Source: Eledone cirrhosa (lineage: Eukaryota). From it: a stretch of DNA of 64,000 nt. The position numbers were made by a program, and so were the translations under genes. Within the stretch, counting starts at the first letter, position 1. Every line of letters starts with the position of its first letter. Positions 26,301 to 40,790 of this stretch are shown piece by piece. The notes beneath the pieces were generated by a model, which was not told where the DNA came from, ran no database searches, and saw only the letters and a list, made by a program, of their open reading frames with translations. The stretch covers positions 19,282,001 through 19,346,000 of the forward strand of contig OZ024756.1 in NCBI GenBank assembly GCA_964016885.1, given 5' to 3'.

Positions 26301-26592
26301 CATGTGTTGTTTCCTACCGGGTGATGTGTTGTTTCCTTGAGCAAGACACTTTATTTCACATTGCTCCAGTTTACTCAGCTGTAGAAATGAGATGATAGGG
26401 ACTGGGGCCCATAACATTCCACTGCAAAGTGGTCGTGGAGGTGCCACGCAAAAAAAGCACCCAGCACTCACTGTAAATGGGGTTGGTGTTAGGAAGGGCA
26501 TCCAGCTGTAGAAATCAAGCCAGAATCAGTTCCCGTCCCACCCTTGCAAGCAGGGAAAAGCGGACGTAAAATGATGATGATGATGATTATGA

Positions 26593-26654
<62 letters not shown>

Positions 26655-27054
26655 CATGTCCACATAGACACGCTAATACAGAAATATGCGGCTACCCACG
26701 AAACGGACGTACGTATGGACGACATTATCAAATATCTGTAAAACAAAACTAACTAAATAAATAAATAATGAGAGCATTAAATCAATGGTCGTCTGCTTTG
26801 TTAAAGAAATCAGTGCTACACCATCCCTCTCTATACCACATCACATACCATACAACAGCTCCTCCTATAATATAAACCGGACATTGGAAAAGTTTGGGAT
26901 TCACTGCCATTCAGCGCTGTGTGTATAAGAGAGAGTGAGTGTGTGTGAAGTGTGTATGTGTGTGTGAAATATATGTGAGTGAAATACGTATGTGTATGAA
27001 TGTGTGTGAAGTGTATGTGTGTCTATGTATCTATGTGAGTCTAAGTATTGTGTA

Positions 27055-27085
<31 letters not shown>

Positions 27086-27175
27086 AGTGTGTATGTGTGT
27101 GTGTGCAAGTATCGGTGTGTGAAATGTATGTCTATGTGTGTGTAAATGTCTCTGTGTGAAGTGAGTGTCTATATG

Positions 27176-27220
<45 letters not shown>

Positions 27221-28002
27221 AATACGGGATTATATATACATTAATCTATAAACACAATATCTCTCTTCACACACACACACACACACGCACACGCGCACGT
27301 ACGCCCGCACACACAAGTGCCAGCGTTTCTTTGTGTTATTAAAGACAAGATATATTTATATCTCTGTATGAAGCGAGGTTTCAAGAGAACAGGTTTTTAC
27401 ATAAATATCTATAGATTAAAAATGTCGTTGTTGTCCCAAGTAAACACCGATCAAACAGATTCTAAGTCCAAAAGCATTCCAGTCGTAGTTTATCCGGTCG
27501 ATTATTACATTACAGAAAGGGTCCTTTCAGGGAGTAAGGTGTGATTGAAGAGAGGCTTTTGACTGGTATTTCTAGCAGGTAGATGATCCCTAGTTTAGCT
27601 CATCGATCTGTATGTCCCAAAATCGGTTTTTCTTCCAAGTATGGGAGTATGTATATATGTATGTGAGTATGTATGTATATAAATATGTATCTGTGTGTGT
27701 GTGTATATTTATATATATATATATATATATATAATTGTTTCTACTTTAGGTACAAGGCCAGCAAATACCCAGTGCATTACTGGTACTTTATTTTATCGAC
27801 CCCGTAAGGATGAAAGGCAAAGTCAATATATAATGTCTGTATGTATGTACGAATGTATGTGAGTATGTGTGTATATATGTATGGGGAGTGTATGTATGTA
27901 CAAGTATGTGTGTATTCATGACATTCATAATGCGTACACACACACACACTTCACACAGACTCACAGATTCAAACACACATAGGTGTCTGTGAAAAACATG
28001 AG

Positions 28003-28042
<40 letters not shown>

Positions 28043-28518
28043 CTGTGTGTGTGCGTAACGCAACACATGTATTTTAGTATATCCCGATGAAAAAATTACA
28101 GCTGATATAGTCTTGTGTTATATATGAATGTGTGTATGTATAAATGTATGTGTTTGTATTAATATGTGTGTGTGTGTCTGTGAGTGTATGTGTGCATGCG
28201 TGTATCGGTGAGTGAGTGTGTGTGTGTGTGTTAATGTCTGTGTGTATGTATGTGTATATATATATATATATATATATAAATATATATATGAATGTGTGTG
28301 AGTATGTGTGTGTGTACGTATGTATTTAGTGTCCATAGCTTTAAATGAATGGAAGAAACGGAGTTTGATAGAATGAGAGAGAGGGAGAGACGAAGAGTGA
28401 GAAGGAGAGAGAGATAAGGAGAGTGAGAGAGAGGGGGAGAGAGAGGAAAAGGTAAAAAGAATTTTTAAAAAAACAATGGAAATGAGATTGAATGATGTAG
28501 AAAAAATGAATGAACAGC

Positions 28519-28620
<102 letters not shown>

Positions 28621-28772
28621 AAAAATCAACAACAACGCAAGACTACAGAGAGAGAGAAAGAGAGGGAGAGAGAGAGAGTTATAAAGAGGGAGAGAGAGAT
28701 AGATGGATGAATGACAGCAACAGAAAAAGAAATCTGTCCCTTTGTCTCATAAAATGGTTTTTGTCTCTCTCA

Positions 28773-29325
<553 letters not shown>

Positions 29326-29485
29326 TATATATATATATATATATAAATATATTAAATTATACATGTATGTATATATTGAAATATTGATTGATTCGTGAAG
29401 TAATTAATCAAGTTGTCTGACAAAAGTATAGGCTGATCAAAGTGCTACAGATAGTCATTATTGAAACTTAAAATTCAGCTCATCA

Positions 29486-29518
<33 letters not shown>

Positions 29519-29537
29519 TATATATATATATATATGT

Positions 29538-29579
<42 letters not shown>

Positions 29580-29581
<2 letters not shown>

Positions 29582-29742
29582 CGAAGGAAATGTGGTAAGG
29601 AACCAGGTAGACCATAACGCACCAAAGTACTCAATACTTAGGGTAGTAGAGTGGGTAATAGGAACGAGTAGGACCCCGACGGCTGAGCTCAAGCCGTTTC
29701 GACGGCTAATTCTTGAGCTCAGCCGTCGGGGTCCTACTCGTT

Positions 29743-29746
<4 letters not shown>
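29580..29746 (-). mobile_element. Penelope-like relic family G, short fold-back in (TA)n
   Basis: Near-identical copies at 24362-24473 and 39822-40013, fragment at 36498-36526; carries the hammerhead 3' half GAAACGGCT..AGCCGTC. Confidence 0.7.
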
Positions 29747-29799
<53 letters not shown>

Positions 29800-29804
<5 letters not shown>

Positions 29805-30066
29805 ACGTATTTAAGAAAGCCACAACAATGCAAAGGGAAATCTCGAGGTAGGAAGTGAAATATAGATAGGAAAAACAGGTGAAAGTGAAAATTGAGAGAG
29901 ACAAAGATGAAAACAAAACAAAGGTAGAAGGGTTACCGTAGTAGAGATTTAATCCCAATATTTCGGGCTCACGCCCATCAACGGGGGAAAAATTCCAAAA
30001 GTGGGGAAACAGGCCAAGCGGAGAAAGTTGTGATGTCGTTAAGACATTCAAGCAAACTTTAACACC

Positions 30067-30070
<4 letters not shown>
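29800..30070 (-). mobile_element. Probable Penelope-like 3' fragment with degenerate hammerhead
   Basis: Minus: CCCCG-TTGAT-GGGC(gtga)GCCC-GAAATATT-GGGA after a short ORF tail CLNVLTTSQLSPLG; (TA)n flanks. Confidence 0.45.
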
Positions 30071-30124
<54 letters not shown>

Positions 30125-31065
30125 CATATTTATTTATTTATATAATAAACAACACAATATAATTATTCCATTATCCAAGATTTCTCGAAGTTAGACGATT
30201 CTTCATTCCTTTACCTTTTGCACGGAAATACTTTATATATATATGTATATACATGTATACACACACGCACACATATATATATACACACACTTCTTATATT
30301 CTAATGTGTGTGTGTGTGTGTGTGTGCGTGTGTGTGTGTGTGCGTGTGTGTGTGTGTGTGCGTGGGTGTGTGTGGGTGGGGGGAGGGGGGGGGTCTGTGG
30401 GTGTGTGTGTGTGTGTCTGTGGGTGTGTGTAAATGAAACGGGAGCCGAAATATCAAATTAACTGTCTTATAAAGAGCCCATTAAATTATAGGGGATTAAT
30501 TGAGTCTTTAACTTCATTTTTTAATTATATATATATATATATATATAAATATATACTCGATACATATTATATATATGTATATATATGATTAGATATATTA
30601 CACACACAGGCACACAAACATATACACATATATATATATATACACACATATATATATATACACATACACACACAAACATATACACATATATATATATAAA
30701 TATACACACATACACATACATATATACACACACAGACACAAACATATACATTTTTTTGTTATATTTTATTTATTTATTTTTTTTTTATTTTTTTTTTATA
30801 TATTGTTATTGCCTCCTCCTTATTGAGGACGCCTTGTTTTGTAAACTCCCCCCATTGTACTTGTCCCACTTTTGATGCCCTGGTGGCAAATAAAAGAAAC
30901 ATATATATATATATAAATATACATACACATATATATATATATACACACACAGACACACAAACATATATATATAAATAAATACACACACACACATACACAC
31001 ATATATATACATACACACACACACATTCCTATATATATATATCGTGTATGTATGTATGTATGTAT

Positions 31066-31753
31066 GTTGACTTGTTCTTCTTTTTGGTAAATATCATCTT
31101 GGTTAAGAGAGTGGGACTGGCTTTGTGCAGTGCCTTTGCTCACTATAAAAGCTTCACGGCACAGGCATTGCTTTATATCTGGAGATCTCTCTGCACTTGT
31201 CGTCACATGGTACCATGGGCCCAGCACTATGTGTCAGTAATTGTCACAAGTGTAGTGTTTGTACCAGAGTTTTCAAGTCGCTGGCTGGACTAAAAAGTCA
31301 CACTCGTTCAGCGCATCGGTAGGGATTCTCCTACATGGATATAAAGTAGTGGCCGTACTCGAAAACGAGTTGGCAGCCACCATGTATGTATGTATGTATG
31401 TATGTATGTATGTATGTATGTATGTATGTTGACTTGTTCTTCTTTTTGGTAAATATCATCTTGATTAAGAGAGTGGGACTGGCTTTGTGCAGTGCCTTTG
31501 CTCACTATAAAAGCTTCACGGCACAGGCATTGCTTTATATCTGGAGATCTCTCTGCACTTGTCGTCACATGGTACCATGGTACCATGGGCCCAGCACTAT
31601 GTGTCAGTAATTGTCACAATTGTAGTGTTTGTACCAGAGTTTTCAAGTCGCTGGCTGGACTAAAAAGTCACACTCGTTCAGCGCATCGGTAAGGGTTCTC
31701 CTACATGGATATAAAGTAGTGGCCGTACTCGAAAACGAGTTGGCAGCCACCAT
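31066..31753 (+). mobile_element. Tandem duplicate of an RTE-like LINE 3' end with C2H2 finger, units separated by (TATG)n
   Basis: CSVCTRVFKSLAGLKSHTRSAHR* twice; units 31066-31383 and 31428-31753. Confidence 0.7.
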
Positions 31754-31967
31754 GTATGTATGTTGGGTTGTCTGTCAATCACTTCACCGATTGCTATATC
31801 GTAATCTGTGTTTTTCATATTTATCGTTGGTAGACGAAAATAGAAGTTTGTGTTAGGACAGAAAGATGGAGTTGGCGGCGACAACGACGAAGATGACAAA
31901 GACGAAGAAAATAAACTATACAAGATAATGACGGTGATGGTGGTGATGGTGGTGATGGTGGTGATTC

Positions 31968-32495
31968 TGAAGAAGAAGAAGAAGAAGAAGAAGAAGAAGA
32001 AGAAGAAGAAGAAGAAGAAGACAAAGAAAAAGAAGAAGAAGAAGAAGAAGACAAAGAAGAAGACAAAGAAGAAGAAGAAGAAGAAGAAGAAGAAGAAGAA
32101 GAAGACAAAGAAGACAAAGAAGAAGAAGAAGAAGAAGAAGAAGAAGAAGAAGAAGAAGACAAAGAAGAAGAAGAAGAAGAAGAAGAAGAAGAAGAAGAAG
32201 AAGAAGAAGAAGACAAAGAAGACAAAGAAGAAGAAGAAGAAGAAGAAGAAGAAGAAGAAGAAGAAGGCAAAGAAGAAGAAGAAGAAGAAGAAGAAGAAGA
32301 AGAAGAAGAAGAAGACAAAGAAGAAGAAGAAGAAGAAGAAGAAGAAGAAGAAGAAGAAGAAGAAGACAAAGAAGAAGAAGAAGAAGAAGAAGAAGAAGAA
32401 GAAGAAGAAGAAGAAGAAGACAAAGAAGAAGAAGGCAAAGAAGAAGAAGAAGGCAAAGAAGAAGAAGGCAAATAAGAAGGCAAAGAAGAAGAAGA
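31968..32495. repeat. (GAA)n with GACAAA/GGCAAA interruptions
   Basis: Direct. Confidence 0.97.
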
Positions 32496-32785
32496 GGGAT
32501 TGAAGTGGTTGCTCACCGTGGTTTTCGTCACTCTTGAAGAAATGGTACTCACAGCCTGGCTCCAACTCCATCCGAGAACTTTTTTGCCTGAATCGTGTAA
32601 CCTTGTGGAATCTTGGACAGAAAATGAAAGCCGAAACGGATAATTCAGGTCAGAGAAAGAGGAAGGGGGGTAGAGACTTGGAAAGTAGAAGAGTAAGAAT
32701 TGACAGAGAGAGGGGGAGAGAGAGTAAGGAGGGGAAAGAAAGTAGTAGGAGGTATATAGAGAGTATATCTTATGTATATATACAT

Positions 32786-32818
<33 letters not shown>

Positions 32819-32863
32819 GTAAGGAGGAGAAAGAAAGCGGTAGGAGGTGTATAGAGAGTATAT

Positions 32864-32922
<59 letters not shown>

Positions 32923-33050
32923 GAGGAGAGAGGAAGAGTAAATCGATGAAAGAGATATATATATATATAAGGAGAGAAATCGAGTCAAAGAGAGAAAGAG
33001 GGCGGAAGGCAGAGAGAATGGATCGAAGACTGAAGCGGAAAGGGAGAGTC

Positions 33051-33123
<73 letters not shown>

Positions 33124-33299
33124 CGATGAAAGAGAGAGAAAGAGAGGATCGGAAGGAAAGAAAGAGAGGATCTGGGAAAGTAAAGGACATAGAGAGAGAG
33201 GACGGGACTTTACACGAGCAAGGATTAGATGAGAAGAGGGAAGAAGAGGTGAAAAATCGAAGAGATAGAGATAGATATATATAGAGGACACAGTGAGAG

Positions 33300-33358
<59 letters not shown>

Positions 33359-34349
33359 TAACAGTAAGATGGAGGAGGAGGAAGAGGAAAGAAGAGTAAA
33401 TTCTTAGTAAGAGTAATTGAAGGGGAGGAGTGTAGAAAGATGTGTTTATTGAATTGGTGTGTATGTGGAAAGTGATAGTGAAAGTAAACTGAAGGGCGAG
33501 AGACAGAGAGAGACGTTGTTACAGAGAGAGAGAGATGTTGACAGGCAGGGGAAGAGAGAGTGATGTTGACAGGTGGAGAATGAGAGAGACTGACAGAGAC
33601 GTTGGCAGAGAGAGAGAGGGGGACGTTGGCTGGCGGAGAGAGAGAGATATAGAGAGACGTTGACAGTCGGGGAGAGAGACGTATTAGAGCAACAGGATAA
33701 AGGAATGATGCCAAAACAGGGGGAGGAAGAATAAATAAAGAAAAAAACTAAAGAAATATATATATATATATATTCAAGGAAAAGAACCTGAAAAAAATAA
33801 ACAAAAGAAAATGAATGAAATAGTGAAGAAAGAGACGGAGAAAGGGAAAACGAGAAAGATAGCAAAAGTAAATTAGAGAGAGGGAATAAGAAAGAGGAAG
33901 ATAATTAGATAGAAAGATAGAGAGAGGGGATGAAGAAAGAAAGAGAGTAAAAGTGATGGATATTTAGATAAATAGAATGAGAACGAAAGAGAGGGAAGAG
34001 AGACGGAGAAAGAGAGCAAAAACTGTGAGATAGATAGATAGAACGAGTGAGAGGGGGGAGAGAGACGGAGAAAGAGAGCAAAACTGTGAGATAGATAGAT
34101 AGAACGAGTGAGAAAGAGAGAGGGGGAGAGAGACGGAGAAAGAGAGCAAAACTGTGAGATAGATAGATAGAACGAGTGAGAGAGAGGGGGGAGACGGAGA
34201 AAGAGAGCAAAACTGTGAGATAGATAGATAGATAGAACGAGTGAGAAAGAGAGAGAAAGAGAGAGAGGGGGAAGAGAGAAAGATAGTAAAACTGATGGAT
34301 AGATAGAGTAAGAGAGAGAGGGAGGAAGACGTATTATTTATGTGGGTTC

Positions 34350-34465
34350 ACTGGCTGTGACGTAGGCAACGTTGCTATGCGGTTGCTAACCACCAAATCA
34401 ACAATGGTTGGTTGCCGTTCGCGCAATGCTATGGATACTGCGCTTTCTGTCCCGAGCACTGGTTA
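34350..34465. promoter_or_regulatory. Candidate promoter island with RFX X-box-like motifs
   Basis: GTGACGTAGGCAAC, GTTGCTATG, GGTTGCC, ATGCTATGGATAC clustered in a CpG-rich unique ~115 bp between microsatellites. Confidence 0.5.
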
Positions 34466-34510
34466 TGGTCTCTCTCTCTCTCTCTCCCTCTCTCTCTCTC
34501 TCTCTGTATG

Positions 34511-34542
<32 letters not shown>

Positions 34543-35078
34543 ATATATATATATGTGTGTGTGTGTGTATGTGTATGTATATATATATGTTTCGAAAATA
34601 TTCTTACTTGTATATATATATATGTGTGTCTGTGTGTATATATACGTGTGTGTGTATATATATATATATGTGCGTGTGTCTGTGTATATATATATATGTG
34701 TGTGTATATATGTGTGTCTGTATATATATATGTGTGTGTATATATATGTACATGTGTATGTATCTGTAATGTATGTGTATCAATTTTTTTTTCTACGTAC
34801 ACAGAACATTCTACGAACACACACACACATATCTGTATAACACACATACACCACACACACACACACATCAGTATAACACAGACACACACATATATCTGTA
34901 CAACACATACAAAGGGTTATTTGATGTGTAAATACTGATCAGCTAATCCTCAGGCACTTCTTTTTCTGTTCTGACTTCCTTTATACATACATGTGTATAT
35001 ATGATCGATACATGTGTATATATATATATATATATATTGTAAATGACTTTTTGAGTTTAAAACTCTAAATATAATATA

Positions 35079-35131
<53 letters not shown>

Positions 35132-35376
35132 GTGTGTGTGTGTGTCTGTCTATGTATATATGTTCCTATAATATATATATATATATATATACATACATAT
35201 ATATATACAAAGGAACATACACACACATATATATATACATACATATACATATTAATGTATATATACATAATATATATATATATATATAGTAATAATAATA
35301 AATTTGAAGACTAAAATCCAAAGAGGGTTCGATAAGGATAAATATATATCAAATATATAAGAACTGTAGAGCAAAT

Positions 35377-35495
35377 ATTTATTAAAATAACAGATTAAAG
35401 TTTAAGCAAAGAATCGCTGCTTTCACCCCTAACGGGATCTTTAAGGGTGAAAGCAGCGATTCTTTGCTTAAACTTTAATCTGTTATTTTAATAAA
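35377..35495. repeat. ~55-bp perfect inverted repeat in AT-rich/(TA)n context
   Basis: TTTATTAAAATAACAGATTAAAGTTTAAGCAAAGAATCGCTGCTTTCACCC and its reverse complement. Confidence 0.9.
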
Positions 35496-35735
35496 TAAAT
35501 ATATATATATATATATTAATATATATATATATATATTAATATATATATATATATATTAATATATATATATACACATAATTCTCTCTCTATATATATATAT
35601 GTGTGTGTGTGTACTGATAAACGTATTGACACTTGATACGTTTTATTTTACATGTTATTGTATTTGTTTATTAATCTGTTTTTATCTTTAAAGATAACAA
35701 AATGACCGCTGGCCAACACAATAACATATACATAT

Positions 35736-35790
<55 letters not shown>

Positions 35791-36039
35791 AATATATATA
35801 TAGATATGTATAGATATATATATACACACATATATATACACACACACACATATATATACACACACATATATATACACACTTATATATACACATACATATA
35901 TACACACGTATATATACATATATACACATACATATGTATACACATACATGTATATATATATATATATATACACATACATATATATATATACATATATATA
36001 CATACATATATACACATACATATATATACATACATATAT

Positions 36040-36119
<80 letters not shown>

Positions 36120-36153
36120 TTATATATACACACACACATATTTATATATACAT

Positions 36154-36186
<33 letters not shown>

Positions 36187-36393
36187 CTCCGGTGTTAAAC
36201 CATCGTTTGTGTAACTTCGCACTCACCTTAATAATTTTGTCAATATTTTTTAATGTCTACACAATTTCCTTGAAGATCCTGATTGATAAAAGTGTTTTGT
36301 ATACACACGTCAGGTGATTGCTGTCATTGAACTGACTCTCTCTCTCTCTACCAAACACACACACACAGACATATATATGTGTGAGTGTGGAGT

Positions 36394-36464
<71 letters not shown>

Positions 36465-36566
36465 ATATATGTGTGTGTGTGTGTGTGTGTCTGTGATACG
36501 GCCGGAGCTCAGCCGTCGGGGTCCTGAATTTATATATATATATATATATAGGGCGTTAGAAGGGTA

Positions 36567-36649
<83 letters not shown>

Positions 36650-39600
36650 TGCGTGTGTAAGAGCTGAATTACATAAAATATAAAACATCTCACACATATA
36701 TATACACATACATACATACATGCATACAAACACACACATACATACATATATACATACTAACATATATACATACATGTGTGTGAGTGAATTCAGTTACATA
36801 AAATATGCATAAGCATTCATTCACAAAAAACCACACACACACACACACACATATATACGCTTATACGTAAATTTATCAGTGTGTTTGTAAATGTATGCGT
36901 AGGGGACATATCTATAGGCCAATATGTGTACAACAAACAGTAACAGACAAATAAAGGGAGAAGGATAAAGAAAGAGGGAGTAGGAGTGTGAGAAGGAAAA
37001 AGAATGGAAGTGGCAACGAAGTTTGGGGAAGGGAGGGAGGGTTTAGCGATTACTATAATATTATGAATGAAAATGTCGGTTTGTGAATATTTCTACATAT
37101 AATTAATTCTTCAACAGTGGCTGGTTTCAAGACGGTATTTATAATGAAATGTATGATGTGTGTATTTGTACCAACCATTAAATGTTAGTATTATAATACT
37201 AGTAATGATAGTAATTCCAATGAAATTTTTTTTTTTTTTTGTCTTACCTGGATCAGAAATTGTCAGTTTCCACAATTTTTTTTTCTTTTCTCCTTCCGTA
37301 GTTGTTCAATCTGGTCTGACTTTCTCAAATAAAACCGTAGTAAGAAATGGTTGTAAAATTAACTCCAGCTGTAAGCTAGCTGTTTCGGCTTGGAATATTA
37401 CATCTTCCATTAATTCACACGATAGAATACTATTTCTTTGTGTGCTGTCGACAAATCATCATCATCATCATAATCATAATCATGAACTACTACAACCAAT
37501 AGTAGTAGCGTGACCATTGAGCAAATGCATTACCCGACAGCACTACTAGTAGTATTTGTAGTTTCATTCATTCATTCATCATTCATTCATTCATTTATTT
37601 ATTCCAAACCATTCATTCATAGATCTATTCTTACGCTTATAGTTGTAGATACGAAAGCCTGTGCCCATAGCTTGTTTTAACCGAATAGTAGTCAAGGTAA
37701 TGGTGATGAAGGTGGTGGTAGTGGGTGTTAGAAGCGTGGGATGGTTAAGTGAAGACATTGTTAGTGTCATTAACGTTTCATTTCCTTTTTTTCTTTCTTT
37801 TCTATTTTTTTTTTAAAGAAGAATTGGATAAAATGATGATCCAATTAGCTATTGGGAATTCATGAACGGAAAAATATAATTTGGAAAACAGAAAACTCGA
37901 AAGGCAAAAGAAGAAGCTGTGTTAAAGATTGTGCTGACTTGAGGGGGAAAAAACTGTTATTGGTGGGGTTTGATTATTTTCTTCGTGTTTCTCATTAAAT
38001 CAAGGTTCGTGGGGGAGAGAGAGAGAGAGGGTTTTGGGAGAGGGTCTTTTTTTTTAAAAAAAACACCCCTCTCTATTGACGTTATTTTTTAACCCAAGGT
38101 CAACCACGATTGAGTAGCCATATGATCAAAAGCCTTCCAGCTGTGACCATCCCATATTTTAAGGGTATGTAGAACCATATTATCTAATGTGGCCTTCCTT
38201 TTGTTTGTTTGTGTATGTGTGTGTTTGTGTCTATGTAGTATGTTTGTGTATGTGTGTGTTTGTGTCTATGTAGTATGTTTGTGTATGTGTGTGTTTGTGT
38301 CTATGTAGTATGTTTGTTTGTGTAGCTGTATAATGATAATAATTGTTTCTACTTTTGGCACAAGGCCAGCAATTATCCCAGTGTATTACTAGTGCTTTAT
38401 TTTAACGACTACGTAAGGATGAAAGGCAAAGTTAACCTCGGCGGGATTTGAACTCAGAACGTAAAGCGCCATAACTCTATACTGCAAAGCATGATGTCTG
38501 ACGCTCTACTAATACTGCACAATAATAATAATGAAATGTATGTATAATAATAATGATGAAAATTATCGTGTTTGGGGGGGAAAACGTGCTGCTATTTTTA
38601 ACAAGACGAGTAACCATGTAATGCTACCTCCGACAGCTCGTCTTCTTCGTTTTCATATTGTTGCGGTTGTTGTGGTGGTGGTGGTGGTTTAGCCACAGAT
38701 CAACCCTCATCGAGTAGACTCTGATAAAAAAAAAAAAGACGTTCCAACCGTGACCATCCCAGACAGATTTGATATCAGCGAGATTTGGTTACTATTTCTC
38801 TCGTGTGTTGTTTTAATCAGACCAAGGTCAGTCTCGGTCGAGCAGACCTCTAATCAAACGTGGATCCAGCTATGGCTATCTCGTCTTTTGTGGAGAGACA
38901 TCTATGAAAACATTATCTAATGTCCTTCACTTTTTTCAGGCGGTGGGTTTTGTTTGAGGAGTATTTGACTGCTATGTAAGAATGAGTACTCAATACCGAA
39001 GTAGAGTTTAATAATGGTTTCTGATTTATGCACAAGGCTAGCAATTTTGTGGGAAGGGAAAGTCGATAAAATAGACTCCAGTACGTGACTGGTACTTTAT
39101 TTTATCGACCCCATAAGGACGAAAGGCAAAGTTGACCTCGGTGGGATTTGAACTCAGAGAGCATAGGGCTAAAATGAATACCACATAGCAGTCTATTCTA
39201 ACGACTCTGCCAATTCGCGGCCTTAGTGGTCTGATAATAAAGCAAATAAAATGAGAAATGGTTTACGATATGTTTTACAATATGTACGATATATTTCATT
39301 CATGAAAATGAAAGATGAATGAAAGTAAGACGTTATTTCGAATAAACGCTCTAAGTAATTGCTCTCCATTCATACGCTAGCTAGCTAGCGCGTTCTCTCT
39401 CTCTCTCTCTCTGTATATATACATACGCGTGTGTGTATGTATATATATGTGAGCGTGTATATGTATGTGAAAACATGTATGTACAGGGTGTCCCCAAAAA
39501 ATGTATGCACACTTCAACAGCATTCTAATAAATATGTGTATACATGTTTGGGGGTTACCCTGTATGTGTGTGTATGCAAAAGGCAAACAGAAATAAAGCA

Positions 39601-40402
39601 AACGACACGGTACAATGAAGAAATATATTTGTCTACGCTTGATATAGTAGGAAAAGCGTCTTAACATTTCAGACAATAGTCCTTCATCAGAAAATAGAAT
39701 GAGAAATTAATGGTGGGCAGTGGCAGAAACGAAAAAAACTTCTTTGTGAAAAAAACAACAGTTCAATTCAAATCGCCATCTCATTATATGTGTGTGTGTG
39801 TATCTATCTATATATATATATAACGGAGGAAATGTGGTAAGGAACCAGGTGGACCATAACGCACCAAAGTACTCAATACTTAGGGTAGTAGAGTGGGTAA
39901 TAAGAAAAAGTAGGACCCCGACGGCTGAGCTCAAGCCGTTTCGACGGCTAATTCTGGACTAATTAGCCGTCGAAACGGCTTGAGCTCAGCCGTCGGGGTC
40001 CTACTTGTTCTTATATATAGTTCTGTGTGAGCAAAACACAGTCCTACAACCTGGCTTGTCTCATAACGGAACAGCTCGTCTAATCCATGCTAGCGTGGAA
40101 AATGGATGTCAATAGGATGCCAAACACAAATGTTTCAAGATTGCTATCCATCATCAGTGACGATTTCTCACTCGGTACTGAGGCAAGAATAAGCTGTAGC
40201 TTTTACATGACAGTAATATGTTTATTATAGATAAACATATCTTATATGCTTCCATATATACCTCTGTTATGAATCACACTATGTTAGTGTTACTGTTAAT
40301 ACAAGAGTCAGCTGAAATGTTCATAGGCTGACTATGAAGGAGTGATGTTAGAGCTGTGAATTCTTGCATGCATTAATTTCAACTCTTCTTATTAATAACT
40401 AC

Positions 40403-40448
<46 letters not shown>

Positions 40449-40519
40449 TGTTGTTTTAATTTCAACTCTTCTTATTTATATATACTGAATTGTATATTTC
40501 CAGGGTTTCAGGAAAGACC

Positions 40520-40790
40520 CCTTGCAACAGTGAAAATATTGAAGCTTATCTGGTATGGCCATACATCCTGCTACAACTCCTTGTCCAGAACCATTCTTCA
40601 GGACACAGTCGAAGGGGGGGGGGGCAAAGAAAAGGCAGAAAAAGAAAATACTGGTCCGACAACATCAAGGACTGGAGTGGTCACAACACAGAGACCCTTC
40701 AACACGTGACGGAGAATAGAGAGAAATATTGTGACAACTGACAACAAAAGCGTCTAGAGAAGCAGCCCAGCGACTGGCAGCACCAGTGGC
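40520..40790 (+). mobile_element. RTE-clade LINE 3' end
   Basis: LKLIWYGHTS..NSLSRTILQDTVEGG / GQRKGRKRKYWSDNIKDWSG...VTENREK. Confidence 0.8.

Noticed and set aside
26655-26737. Minus-strand exon with signal-peptide-like MSSIRTSVSWVAAYFCISV
   Set aside because: Good acceptor but no clear donor or partner exons; insufficient support
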